41,332 bases of DNA from Ionaspis alba. Lineage: Eukaryota. Below are positions 11,452 to 23,852 of the stretch, in pieces (position 1 is the first letter of the stretch; the number at the start of each line of letters is the position of its first letter). The DNA is taken from positions 1 to 41,332 of the forward strand of contig CAXUUL010000061.1 of the NCBI GenBank assembly GCA_964255285.1. The letters run 5' to 3'. The position numbers and the translations under genes were made by a program. The notes below the pieces were generated by a model. It was not told the origin of the DNA and searched no databases. It worked only from the letters and a program-made list of their open reading frames with translations.

Positions 11452-14400
11452 TTATCGGTTGAAGGAGTAATGACCTGGACAATTGGTGAGCAACTACTTT
11501 GATAAAATGGAAACGAGACCGCTCGCTAACAACAGCCATCTCGATAGCTTCCTTGACAAACAGAGTTGACGAGCAGATGGATACCTTCAGGCAGGGCGGT
11601 GATGCGCAAGTGAATTGGGAGGCCATGGCAGATGTGCCAAAGGAGAGGGGAACATATGGTGTAGACGAAGGATTACAGCCATGGAATCTCGCAAGACGCT
11701 ACTGCTCGATGTGTGCAGTTTCTGCATGAGCGAGTCAAAGGAATCGGAAGTACATACCATTGTACTGGCCTGGCGGCATCTGTTGCATGCCGATTCCAGC
11801 TGTTGGTGGAGGTGGTGGCCTTAATTGGTTGACAGACGATGGTATATGAGTCTCTCGAACAAGTCTGACCATCTCTTCCGGTTTGAACTTTGTAGCATGA
11901 TACGTCGACGCCTTAGGAATGATGCTGAGGAGGAACAGAACATCTCGAGGGAGTGAAGGTGGTGGTATCATATGAGTGCTTGCAATGCCGTCAGATTGCC
12001 CATTCTCAAGAGGCTGTCGATTCCTCTTCTGTTGGTCAAGACGACGTCCTGCAGCACCTTTAAGTGGTGATTCACCTCGAGCAAGCTTCCGTGGTCGGTT
12101 CGCCTCTGTCTCAGACTCCTCGAATGGCAAGGGCCTCTTCGGGGAATTATCGATCTTCACCAGACGATTTGGTGGAGAACTCGGTACCGAGGGGTTCTCG
12201 ATACTTGGCAGCATCTTCGGTCGTGCCTGCGTGCTTGGGGATATGATGAGATGAATTGTTGTTGGATCAAAACCCTCGTGAACAAAGCGCTTGGAGAACG
12301 AAGATAACTTGGGATCGTCAGGGAATGTATCCCTTATCCGCTTTTCCAATTTCTCAATCTGCACGAGTTCTCCATATCGAGATTCAAAATCGTGGAAGAA
12401 AGCATACAAAGGCTTTGCTTTTGGTAGTGTCTCTGCCTTCTGCGCGAGTCTTCCAACGGCGGTCTCAAATACAACCCTAGCATCTGTAGAAACGGTCAAT
12501 CTACACGTTGCGATTTTGAGACAATGAAACCTACTGTGGTGATCGTTGGTAGCGATTAGGTGCTTCACATATTCTAGAGCAAATACCTCGTCCTCGGGAA
12601 AGAGCTTGACTCCACGCTCGAATATCCTTTTCGCTGATTCTCCTTCAAAAGAGTGAAACTCCTGCATGGCAGCAGCAATCCACACATCGCTAGTGATACG
12701 TCCTCTCTTTCGTGCATCAGTAAAGACCTGCCGAGAGCCGCCAATCACTCCGCCGACCTTTCCCTTGCCTTGGATGCGTTTGATGGCTCGCATCAAAGCA
12801 ATCCAAGCGTGGGATATAGTCTTATGAAGGGTACGGATCTGTACTGCATTCACAGCTTTCACAAGGTCGATCTGCATCTTTTTCTTATGTTCCGGGCCTT
12901 TCACTTGCTCTTCGTCATCATCGTTTTCCTGGTCCTCGTCATCTTGCCTAGAATCACTGCTAGGACTGTTCTCGTTTTCCAAGAAGTGGGCTTCAATACG
13001 AGCAATGGATCTGGCCTCACGAGCCATAGTCTGGGAGACTAATCCATAAAGCGCATCTAGAACTTTGTCATAGGGAGCCCGCACTGCTGCCCCACGTCGC
13101 TGCTTGCTCTCGTCGTCAGACCCATCGATTTCAGAATGCTCCAATCGATCAGCAAGCTTGAACGCTAGCAGGCAACTTTCTGGGTTTGCAGTGATCCCAC
13201 GGGTAAGGAAATCATTGCCTTCTGATTCTAAGCCATTGTCAAAACAGAACTCGGCCGCATCAAACCACATCTCCGGCCAGAATTGAAGTGCCATCAGTGC
13301 TTGCTTGTAGACGAAAACAATTCGATTCTTGTACAGTTCCTTTGCCTCCGAACTCCCTTCACCCTTCAAAACCAGAGGATCATTCTTCTCCCATTGGATC
13401 CAGCGCTTCCATGTATCGACTTGTTTCACATACTCGGCACTACCGTCGAAACCAGGGGCAGGCGGCAAAGTCGGGAGAGAGTGGCGATTGAGCTCCTTCG
13501 TGATGTTCTGCAGCTCAGTGAAAGAGCTTCTAGCAGTCATATACTCCGGAGACAAGTCTTGGATGAATTTGCGGCCCTGCAAGATTGAATGAGTGATTGA
13601 CACTGAAAATTGTTGGACGGGTGACCCACGGTAAGTTTGTTCAACCCCATTTCGAAGCTGTTGTAATCTTTCCACAAAGCTTCGACGGCTTGCGTTGGGA
13701 TTCGAATCGCACGCTGATAAGCTTTACGAAGAAGGTCCATCTTCTGCTGATCCTGCCAATTACTTCCACCAAGAGTTCCTGGACCAGATCGAATGAACTG
13801 AATGTAGTCTTGCCACAACTTCCCGGATTCTTTGTCGATTCCGACTGCCTTCAGAACGGCTTCATAGGCCTGGTGTGTGATCTGGCTTGCAGTGTTTGCT
13901 TTGTCCATAGATATATTATAGTAACGTCGAATGTGATCGAGGTAGACTATCCAAAAGGGTAAGCTCGGTAATTTCTCCAGTGTCCGAGAGAAAATTGCCT
14001 CGACAGCTGGTCGATTTCCATTTTCGCTTTCAAAGTGGGTGTAAGCAATCCATTGTTCTACCTGTTCAATATTAGCGGTAGCACTGTGTTGAAAATTCAC
14101 AAAAGTAAACGACTCTGCCATCTCCTCACTACAGAAGCTCCAGCATCGAGAAGGAACAAGGCGTTTAACTATTCCAGGCTATATGATTCCTTCCAACGTT
14201 CTTGAGTGGCAGAAGGGAGGAACTTACCGCCATGGGAAAAACAACGAAAAACCTTTCATAAGCCTTGCGTACTTCATCGACTTTTCCGCGCTTTCTCAAT
14301 TCCGCAATCAACCCAAGCCAGGCGTCTAAATCTCCCTTCTCGTCCTCCTTGATCCTATCTTCCAAGATACCAATTCGGTCATGTGGGAGACGAGGCTTAG

Positions 14401-14956
14401 AGACGGCATTTGTACCTTCGCTATTCTTTGGAGCGTCTATCTGGAGGACAGGTCCTTGACTTGGGATGGTCATGCTGTTAGCCTGGGTAGAACTGCCGTT
14501 AGAAGTAATCGTGGGAACTCCTGTGTTAGGACCTGAATCAGAAGACGAAGTCGCAACTGCAATCGCTGAAGCGTGAATGGGAGAAGGAGGTTTCGAGCGC
14601 GGAGACTGAATAAAGGCGTCCTCGGCGCTCATGTTGGTTGTATCGCCAACATTCACCTGGCTGCTCGCAGCACCCATATCAGCCATCGGTGTAGAAGCAT
14701 TAGGCGTTGGCGCCACTGATGCGGAGAGGGATTGCGTGGTATTAGGGTTAGATTCATCAAGAAGTGAAGCTTGAGTGGACAGATTTTGTGGACCTGGAGG
14801 CATGGACACGTCTTGCACATCTTGCGCAGGATCATATTCATCTGATGAATCTATCTGCTGGGTACTAGTGACAGCTGTGTCCCCGTAATTGCCCGTCTTC
14901 TCGTTCAAAGCCTGCATCGAGCTCAGAAAGGCAGCCTCGGCCTCTGCTTCCGCCAT
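11452..14956 (-). CDS. RNA14: mRNA 3'-end processing factor Rna14 / CstF-77 (HAT repeats)
   Basis: Exons 14956-14228, 14061-13630, 13576-12535, 12483-11758 and probable terminal exon 11474-11452. Motifs RLPHDRIGILEDRIKED, GIDKESGKLWQDYI, WKRWIQWEKNDPL, FWPEMWFDAA, NPESCLLAF, RGESPLKGAAGRRL. The last exon is less certain (alternative stop at 11735). Confidence 0.93.
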
Positions 14957-15352
14957 GCTCAGATAGTGTGAAGTTGAGGCTTAAGCGCCTCGCGCAAACG
15001 TTGTTAGAGCTCACCAAAGAATAGAGAAGGAAAGAAGACAGGCCGATCACTGGAGAGATATGTTGGGTAGTAGGATTAAGTTGATTAAGAATCGCAGGAC
15101 CGTGATGGAGGTGTGAGTTGTGGTGAGAGAAGATGTAGAACAAGCAGAAATGCGGCTTGTTCAATCACCGAAACAGAGTTTGCCGCTGAGCCTAAAAGGG
15201 ACTAGCGTCATTCGCGCTGGACTGAGTCGCGTTCCACGCTTGCAGATTACAACAATCAAGCCTCTTGCACATTCTACTTACACGACAAGAGCAGTTTATA
15301 GCTACGCCAGATCGTATCGAACTTCCGCTGCAAACACCTCAGAGCTTTCATC
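14957..15352. promoter_or_regulatory. Divergent intergenic region, probable bidirectional promoter for RNA14 and ASF1
   Basis: Only 396 bp between the two start codons; pyrimidine-rich leaders on each sense strand; CGCG-containing words near 15213-15231. Confidence 0.55.
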
Positions 15353-16381
15353 ATGTCGGTGGTCTCATTGCTTGGTGTCAAGGTTCTCAACAATCCAGCC
15401 AAGTTCGGCGATGCCTACGAGTTTGAGATTACTTTCGAATGCCTCGAACAACTTCAAAAAGGTGAATATGCTCTTTCACAGTGGTCTCACATTATTCTTC
15501 ATCTCACAGCTCGCAGATCTAGAATGGAAACTTACCTACGTGGGCTCGGCCACATCGTACGCGAATCCTAGCAGATCCCCACCAAGACTTGGCTCACGCG
15601 GATAGATCTGAGCATGACCAGGAGCTCGACTCACTTCTGGTGGGCCCTATACCCGTGGGCGTCAACAAATTCATCTTCGAAGCCGATGCCCCAAACCTCC
15701 AGAAACTCCCTGCGTCTGAGATCCTGGGTGTTACCGTCATTCTGCTCACTTGTAGCTACGACGGCAGAGAATTCGTACGAGTCGGGTACTATGTCAACAA
15801 CGAGTATGATTCTGAGGAGTTGAATGCGGAACCACCTGCCAAACCTATCATGGATCGCGTCAGACGGAACATTTTAGCGGAGAAGCCCAGGGTCACAAGA
15901 TTCGCGATCAAATGGTAGGAAGACTGCTCCCACCATAAGTCCTTCCAACTGACATCTTTTCAGGGATTCTGAGGATTCCGCCCCAGCCGAATTCCCTCCT
16001 GAGCAGCCGGAGGCCGACGCCGTTGAAGACGATGGCACCGCCTACGGAGCAGAGGAAATTGAGCTAGAAGAGGCGCTTATCCGAGAGGAGGCGGCGCTAC
16101 CAGCTGACGGCGAGGATGAGGAGATGGCAGGTGCGGACGACACAGCCGGTCCTTCCAATGCCGTTAAGGTTGAGGAAGAAGACGTGGACTCCGATGCGGG
16201 AAGCGAGGACCTAGAGGCAGAGAGCAGTGGAAGTGATGATGAGGAGGCGGAGGAAGAGGAGGGTGAGGGAGAAGGTGACGAGGACATGGAGATGGGAGAT
16301 GACAACGAATCTAAGCCCACCGAGCCCGCAGCCAATGGCCAACCGATAGATGCCCAGCATGGGGAAGTTATGGTTCATTAG
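15353..16381 (+). CDS. ASF1: Histone H3-H4 chaperone Asf1
   Basis: Exons 15353-15461, 15517-15556, 15606-15914, 15964-16381. [70 protein letters not shown], acidic tail. Confidence 0.97.
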
Positions 16382-16655
16382 AGTTGCGGCACCAGATATT
16401 GGTTTTTGCCTGCAGTACTTACGAAGGTCTTTAGTATGCTTTCATGATTTGGGATACCATTGCTGCATCATTTGCAAGCATGATTATAGCACAGCAAGGA
16501 CATTGAGTGTCATATTACAAATGCTCGGAATTGGCCAATTTTGTTTTTGCACACAGCTGCAGTGAGACTGTGTAGCATAGAGTAACTTCATCAGAGTTGT
16601 GATTCATTGACCCATCAAGATCGTCATATGCTGCCTTATGCAGTCCTTGACCAAC

Positions 16656-18678
16656 CTATTCCTTCGCATTAACTTTTGCCGATGCTTCAGCCGTCAACTT
16701 GAGCGCTGCAGGAGCGTCGTCTTTAGGCATGTACAGCTCTACAAGCTATGAGGCAGCGTCAGTAGAGCGGCGTGCATCAAATCCAATGGGTTACCACCCC
16801 AAACGTACCTGTATGAACGGAGCTGAGGAGAAGGCCTCATTATTAAACAGATCGTGCGCCTCCTGTTTGGTTTTCACTTGGAAAGTCCTCGAGTCTTTCT
16901 CAGTTGCACCAAAGACAGATAAAAGATCCTTGTACTTCCACTGCTGGATGTCGTTGTACTCGGCATCCATGCCATGGATCATGCGTTCGATGGTATATCC
17001 TTCATTGCAAATCACAAAGCTAGAAGAGTTAGTGAACAACCTCTCGAGCATTGCAAATTTTACTCACATGATTGGGTTCAGTCCACGGCGTATCATTGTG
17101 CTGACCTCCTGAGCAGTCAATTCGAACGATCCGTCCCCAACAAACAAGACAGTACGTCTCTTTCCAGTCTCCTTAGCTGCCAGTGCGGCACCCTGACAAG
17201 CGCCTACGGAGTATCCAATACTGCCCCAGAGTACCTGGCTCAACGCAATAACCCCTTTCGGGAATTTCGTCTCCCAAATTCCAAAGTTTGCAGTACCGGT
17301 CTCCGTGATGACGATATCGTCTTCCTGTAACCATTGCCCTACTCTAGGCCATAGCCATGCATGGGTAATGACCTGGTCGCCTGACATGTCCTGATCATCC
17401 TTGGCTATCTTGTTGTTCGCTACTGGACCTGGCTGGACATTCAACTTGCCCATCTTGGCAATGACCTTTTTCAAAACTCCTTGCATTCTGACACCTGGAT
17501 ATTCAGAGTAGCGTACTCGCATGTAGTCGCTGTGGAAGTCAATGGTAGAAAGTTGACTGATTCGGTATGTGAATCCGCTTGTGTTGAAGTCGCTCTTGAT
17601 AGCTCCGATACTGAGGATTAGATCAGATGACTCCACTCGTTCCCGGACGCCAGGATTGCTTCCATCACCTGCATAAACACCTACACGGCGATCTATTAGA
17701 ATACAGTATCGAAGCTTGAAAGTTATTTTGAGGTGCCCAAGAACGTACCCCCGAAATTTGGCAGAGTCTCATCTACTGCACCTTTTCCCATAGGCGCTAC
17801 AAAGGTCGGAAGGTTTGATGCTTTCACAAGCTCATGGACTTCATCTGTGACTCTATGACGAATTGCACACGCATCGACTAAGATCACCGGATTCTTTGCA
17901 GCATGTAAGTATTTCAGAACCACATCGACGACGTAGTCTTCCTTCTCAACGACATTCTCGGGATAGCTCAAGTCAATTGGTGTCTGGAGCCTCTCGCCCT
18001 CGACCTTCTTCACTGCCATGTCAGTGGGCAGGGCAATGTACACCGGCCGACTCTGCACCCAGCATTCACGAATCGCATGATCGATCAGAGTGGCTGCTTC
18101 TTGCGGATCTTTCAGTATTGCCATAGCACACGAAATGTTCCTGCTCATGTTCGTAAAGACCTCGAAGTTCCCGTTCCCTAGGGTATGGTGGAGTAACATG
18201 CCGTCTCGCTGTGACAGGGTGGAAGGGGTTCCGACGATATGCACAACCGGTACGACCTCGGAGTAGGCACCGGCAATGGCATTGATGGCCGATAGCTCAC
18301 CAACACCAAAGGTGGTGACGATGGCTGAAATACCTTTTATCCGAGCGTATCCATCTGCAGCGTAGCCTGCATAATTGAGTCAACGGCGTTTTCCTGTGGC
18401 TTGTCGCATAGCTGGTACAGTGTACCTGCATTGAGCTCATTCACATTGCCAACCCAATTCAGTCCGGCCTTGGGTATGTAGTCCAGAGCGACCTAAGCTA
18501 TGTGTTAGCCTGGAGCATTTATCCTTGCCATTGAATACAGCTCGAAGTGGCCTACCAGATTGTAGTCTCCCGGTACGCCATGTACAGATCGAACCCCCAC
18601 CTCGTGCAGTCGTCGAAATAGATATTCTGCGACATCAATGGGCTGTTTCAGAGCTGAGGTTCTAATATCTGGTGCCAT
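16656..18678 (-). CDS. PDC1: Pyruvate decarboxylase (TPP-dependent)
   Basis: Exons 18678-18556, 18492-18426, 18366-17749, 17680-17068, 17019-16809, 16745-16656. [61 protein letters not shown]...[12 protein letters not shown]. Confidence 0.96.
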
Positions 18679-19187
18679 CTTCGAAAGATTTTGTGATTTT
18701 CACAGACCCACCGAGGAGCAGAACGTTTAATAACTCGACTTCCCACGCTATTTTTATGCCCTAAGCTCTCGCAAGGTACATCATGGTTGCGGATAGATAC
18801 CCAAGTCGCGTCAAACTACGAAATCTCTCGGATTCCCCGGATTCCATCGGCGATTATCATCCGTGCCATCCTAGCGCATTGACGCATGACTTGCCGGAAG
18901 CGCTAGTTTGGCGCGTCGTGGTATTCGCCGTGGCTATTGAGGCACAGCTGTGGCTTAAGTAACAACTGGCGTCAAACTTCGCAACTGCTGAACTCCTTGT
19001 CTGACATACCGCCAGAGAGCTGGATGATTAACAAAATGAGAGGTGCTCCACTTCAATGATCACCGAGGGCCGCATGTGTGAGCCAATGCCATGAAGAATT
19101 TATGATCAATCGTTCCCGGAAACTGATCGACACCTTTTCTCTGTCTTGATATCCTTTCTTCGTGTTACTCATGATAGACCCTGACAG

Positions 19188-22100
19188 ATGGCTCAATTCT
19201 TACGAGCTAAGCAAGCTGGTATTCAGCATGATTTGTCGGCTGGCTTGACCCCAGAATTGTTCGCCTTGGATCATGTACTGTGCCAAAGACAAATTTGAAG
19301 GACCTGTGTTTGACCGTCTACAGGTTGCTCGATACGGCATCAATTCTCAGATCTCCGCCTTAGCGTATGAAGCGGTTCAGTCGCTTCTAGCTGTGGCAAC
19401 CAATGAATCCCGGTTTGGCAGGGGGAAGATATATGTCTTCGGCCAGCAACGGGTCTGTGTCGAGTTTGAGACTCCAAGGCAGGCTTCTGTCAAATCATTG
19501 CACTTTTGTGTCGACAAACTCATCAGTCTCGATTCAAAGAACGACATAGCTATTTTCTCTTTGGAAACACGACGAGTGCTGTCCTCATATTCCCCGCCCG
19601 GTAGAGTGACTGCCATTCTCACCGATCCAACTTTGGACTACGCTCTGATTGGACTACAGAATGGTAGAGGATAAAGCTTTTTGTTCTCATCCTGATCGAT
19701 ATGGCTGATGAATATCATCAGGAGACATCATTGCATATGATCTAGATAGGCATGGGCTGGCACCTTTCCGGATTACAAACTTGTGGAAGGAACGGAATCC
19801 AAGAGCAAAACTTATTGCGGTCGTCACATTGGCTTTGCACCCACGAGACATTGGAACATTATTGATTGGCTACACCGAAGGAGCAGCCATATTCTCCTTT
19901 AAACAGAACAAGCCTCTGACTTTCTTCCAATACGACCTTCAGCCAGGAGCTCCAGGCGGACACTCGGATCCAGCGTCTGCTAGTAAAGCACGCACCCCCC
20001 ATCTAACGCAAGCTTTATGGCATCCTACTGGAACTTTTGTTCTCACAGGTCATGAAGACTCGAGCTTGGTAATCTGGGATACCAAAACCGGCAGGTTGAT
20101 TATGGCAAGAACATTACAAGACATTAACGTGGATCGGCGGGGAAGTACTTCTGCCACTTTCGGATCTACTCCCGGCACATTTGCTTTGAAGGCACCTCTC
20201 TTCCGGATAGCCTGGTGTTCAAAACAGAATCCTGACGATACGGGTATCTTGATAGCTGGCGGTGCTCCGACAAATGTGCCAGATAGAGGTCTCACTTTTC
20301 TAGACCTTGGACAAACACCGGTGTACTCTACATCGTCTTGGCAGATTTTGTCTGCCCATTTCGAGAAACTGAAAGGACAATATGTCCTTCAGACTCCAGC
20401 TAATGCTGATGTGGTAGACTTCTGTATCATACCGCGAAACTCACCTCATTACGCAGGAGCGCACGATCCTATCGCTGTCATTGCTCTGCTTGGTTCTGGA
20501 GAACTCGTAACCATGAGTTTTCCTTCTGGTCACCCTATTACTCCGACGAATCAATTGCACGCTTCACTTACATTCGTCCATCCTTTCGTCAATCGCATAG
20601 CTTTAGCCTCGGTAGATCGCACTCGATGGCTAGGTATGACAGAAAAACGAAATCAAGGCCCTCCAATTCTTCGCGGAGGCGCTGAGGGGACTCATCCCCT
20701 CAAGCGATACGAAGACCGGAACGTCATCCAAACTGCTCATGCAGATGGTATCATCCGCGTCTGGGATGCAGGCCATGGTGATGAGATAGAGAATGAGGCT
20801 ATGCTGCAAGTGGATGTTGCACGCGCCTTGGGACGTCAAGATGATGTTGACGTATCTCACATGTCAATGTCCGGTGCCACTGGTGAACTCGCTGTGGGCA
20901 TGCGCTCAGGAGAAGTCGTGGTATTTCGATGGGATCGCAATCGTAACTTCGGACAGGATTTGCCTCACGCTAAGGTCGAGGCGTTCGGGTTGGAAACTGT
21001 AACAGATCGAGCGGAACCGGGCGTCAAAGAAGGACTCCTACCATTCACACTCTTTGCTAAGAAAAGTTCTCCGGTAACGGCAGTTCGGATGAGTGATGTT
21101 GGCTTTGTAGCTGCTGGTTTCGAAGATGGCAGTATAGTTGTCATAGACCTTCGAGGACCCGCACTCATCTACGAATCAAGTCTGCAAGACTTTGTTCATG
21201 CGAACAAGCGGGGCAGTATACGAAGGAGTAGCAGTACTCGCGGACACGCGAAAGCAGAATGGCCCACGGTCATAACATTTGGTGTAATGAGCTTGGAAGG
21301 AGAAGGTAAGCTTTTCTAGGAGCTTCTCGAGAAGCCTGGGTTGACGCGGGGCAGATTATTCGAGCATTCTTATGTTTGTTGGAACTACATTTGGTCGATT
21401 ATTTACCTTCAAGCTTCTTCCTGAATCCCACGGAGGATATAACGTACAATTTGTAGGTAGCACCGCTCTTGACGGCCGGATAAGCTCTATCGTTCCGATA
21501 AGTGCCGACACGGGTAGAGCTGCGTACGCTTCGCAAAGCGCAGTCGCCAATCTTCGGAGTGGCTTCATACTAAATGGAGTCGTGGTTGCTGTCACTCAAG
21601 CTGGCGCAAGAGTCTTCAAGCCTGCCGTTGCTAAAGGAGCGAGCAAGACTTGGAACGACTTTCTTTGCGACTCTGCGACAGTGGTATGGAATGAGGACAG
21701 AGGTTGTGGTCTTGTTGCGCTCTTTGGTGACGGCTCTGCCAGAACTTTCTCGATTCCAGGACTCAAGGAGATTGCGGTGGCAAAGGTCGATCATATCCTT
21801 GATGTTAGGCGGTTTCCGGAAGCCATCATCACGCCCACAGGAGATGTGTTTGGCTGGACGGGACCTTCGGAAATAGCAATTGTCAATGCTTGGGGCTCAG
21901 GACAAGACACGTGAGCTCGCTTCACTGTTTTCTCAATGCCCATTCGCTCTTGCTGAATACCAACAGAACAAAGTCGTTGGATAAGCTTTACAACACTGAA
22001 GCGATTATGCTTCCACGGCCGACAATATCTAATATCCAATGGATATCAGGGACTCAATATGTCACGCCTTCTGATATGGACAGTCTCAGTAAGCAATTTG

Positions 22101-22487
22101 TACTCGCGCGCTGTACAAAATCTAATTTCCCGTAGTTGGAGGTCCAGATCGTCCGCCATCAAAGCGGATGCTCGAGCAGATGCGCTCGGAAGAGCAACAG
22201 AGACGTACCGCCGGTCGTTCCACTACTCAGCCTCCTACTGCGCAAGATGAAGGCTATTGGGCTTATATGCAAAGACAAGTCCAAGAAAGAACGGAACGAT
22301 TGAACGTTATGGGAGACTCAATGGACAAGCTCGAAGAAACTAGTTCTAATTGGGCCGACGACGTGGGCAAGTTTGTGAGTAATCAGAAGAAAAAGGCCGT
22401 CATGGGCAGTAAGTGAAATTCCTCGTTAAGGCTCTTGAACCACTCACTGAACAACGATTAGTGATTGGAAGCAAGTTCGGCTTTTAG
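19188..22487 (+). CDS. SRO7: Lethal giant larvae/tomosyn family exocytosis regulator Sro7/Sro77
   Basis: Exons 19188-19274, 19324-19663, 19722-21305, 21355-21910, 21967-22088, 22136-22408, 22462-22487. WD40 repeats (LALHPRDIGTLLIGY, WHPTGTFVLTGHED), SDVGFVAAGFEDG, VIDLRGPA, LPRPTIS, IGGPDRPPSK, C-terminal SNARE-like coil. Confidence 0.93.
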
Positions 22488-23036
22488 CATGAGTCGATGT
22501 TTGATTGGGTACGCTTTTCTAAGTCACGGATTTTGGGCAAACCTTGGAATGGCTCGGTGCGGCGCAAACGGCGGCTGCCAGCTCATTGGGTGTCGGTTTC
22601 GGTCTTCACATTGTCAATGAGCCACAACAATCAGTGCGCTACGCTGCCATCGATGTGTTGAAGCAGCAACCAAGCCAATCTCCAAATGCGTATATGCATT
22701 CGCTAGTGACCTTTGTTCTTTGTATTACGCACTTTCCTTGTCCACAATATTCACACTTGACTACACTGACCAAAGGCTCAAATCCACACCAACCGAAAGT
22801 CGTATTCGGTATCACAAAGGGACAAAGCATTTCTACCTCGTACAATGCGATTTCGACATTCTTTCTGATCTCGAATCGCCCAACCATTCGATTCTCGGGT
22901 GAAAAACAACGTCCTCATCTCGAACATCCCTGTTCTGAAGGTCAATTGCTTTTACACCATCAGAATCTAAGCAGCCTCTGAAGCTCCAGGAATTACACAT
23001 ACCGGAATTTCCACAACAGACAGTTTGTACCCGAAT

Positions 23037-23426
23037 ATGTCGTTTCCCCAGAACGCTCGCATCCACAGTTTCAGCTGCGGTCATATCTCTCCTCCCTCTC
23101 CGCTTCCTCTCAAGTATCGTCCCTTCTCCGCGTCTAAGCCTGACCCCATTCCACAGCCATGTCTCCATTGTGACCGAGCTACAGCCCTTAGCTTCCTCAA
23201 GAACATTCGTGCCGAAGCGCAACCGGAAATCGCTGTCCTGGAAGCCAATGCCGCAATGGCGAAAAACAAATACATGAGTACCAAAAGTGGAGAGGACATC
23301 GCAGCTTTATGGTCCGGCTACTTTGCGGCGCAGGAGACGTTGAGGAAGAAGCTCGTTGAGATAGACCAGAATATAGAGGCTGTCAGGCGCCACTGGGAGG
23401 CGCAATGGGGTGCTTGGAAAGAGTAG
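23037..23426 (+). CDS. Hypothetical 129-aa protein with CGH...CxxC motif and helical C-terminus
   Basis: Intronless ATG-TAG ORF in otherwise empty space; SCGH and PCLHC motifs; amphipathic A/E/K-rich second half. No family recognised. Confidence 0.65.
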   Translation: MSFPQNARIHSFSCGHISPPSPLPLKYRPFSASKPDPIPQPCLHCDRATALSFLKNIRAEAQPEIAVLEANAAMAKNKYMSTKSGEDIAALWSGYFAAQETLRKKLVEIDQNIEAVRRHWEAQWGAWKE

Positions 23427-23852
23427 ACACATGGAAGCAGAGGTGCGAGCTTAAGGAGAGACTGGAAATCAGGCTAGACTGATCTTGCTGAAGTGTTTGC
23501 CCCTGGAGATCAAGGTTTGCAGGATATTGAATTTGGGTGTTTTCTTGCTCAAATTATTAGCATCTTTCGAAGAGATAAATTCTGATGTCCTGACAATTAG
23601 AAGCTAAGATTCAGTCGTAATTCATTTCTTCATTTCTTCAATGACTCAACTTAAACAAAGTAGCTTGCGCAATGCCACAGCTCCCCAGACGTAGACAACC
23701 CACGATACCTACGGAATGGTTCCGCCGACGTCACTAGCGTCGACCGTGTCCATTGCTCGCCAATAAATACCAATCTAGATACATAACTTCATTCGATACT
23801 TGAGATCTTCCGGTGGTTCCTTGCATTAACTTTGTATTCTGGAATTAACCCT

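Noticed and set aside
12484..12534. In-frame read-through insertion in RNA14 (SRFHCLKIATCRLTVSTD)
   Set aside because: Has GTAGGT, TTGAC and CAG signals; best explained as an ordinary 51-nt intron without a stop.
16656..18780. TPP riboswitch in the pyruvate decarboxylase gene
   Set aside because: Introns are short and no TPP aptamer consensus was seen.
22544..23222. Overlapping ORFs between SRO7 and the orphan gene
   Set aside because: Mostly non-ATG starts, no domain features or codon bias.
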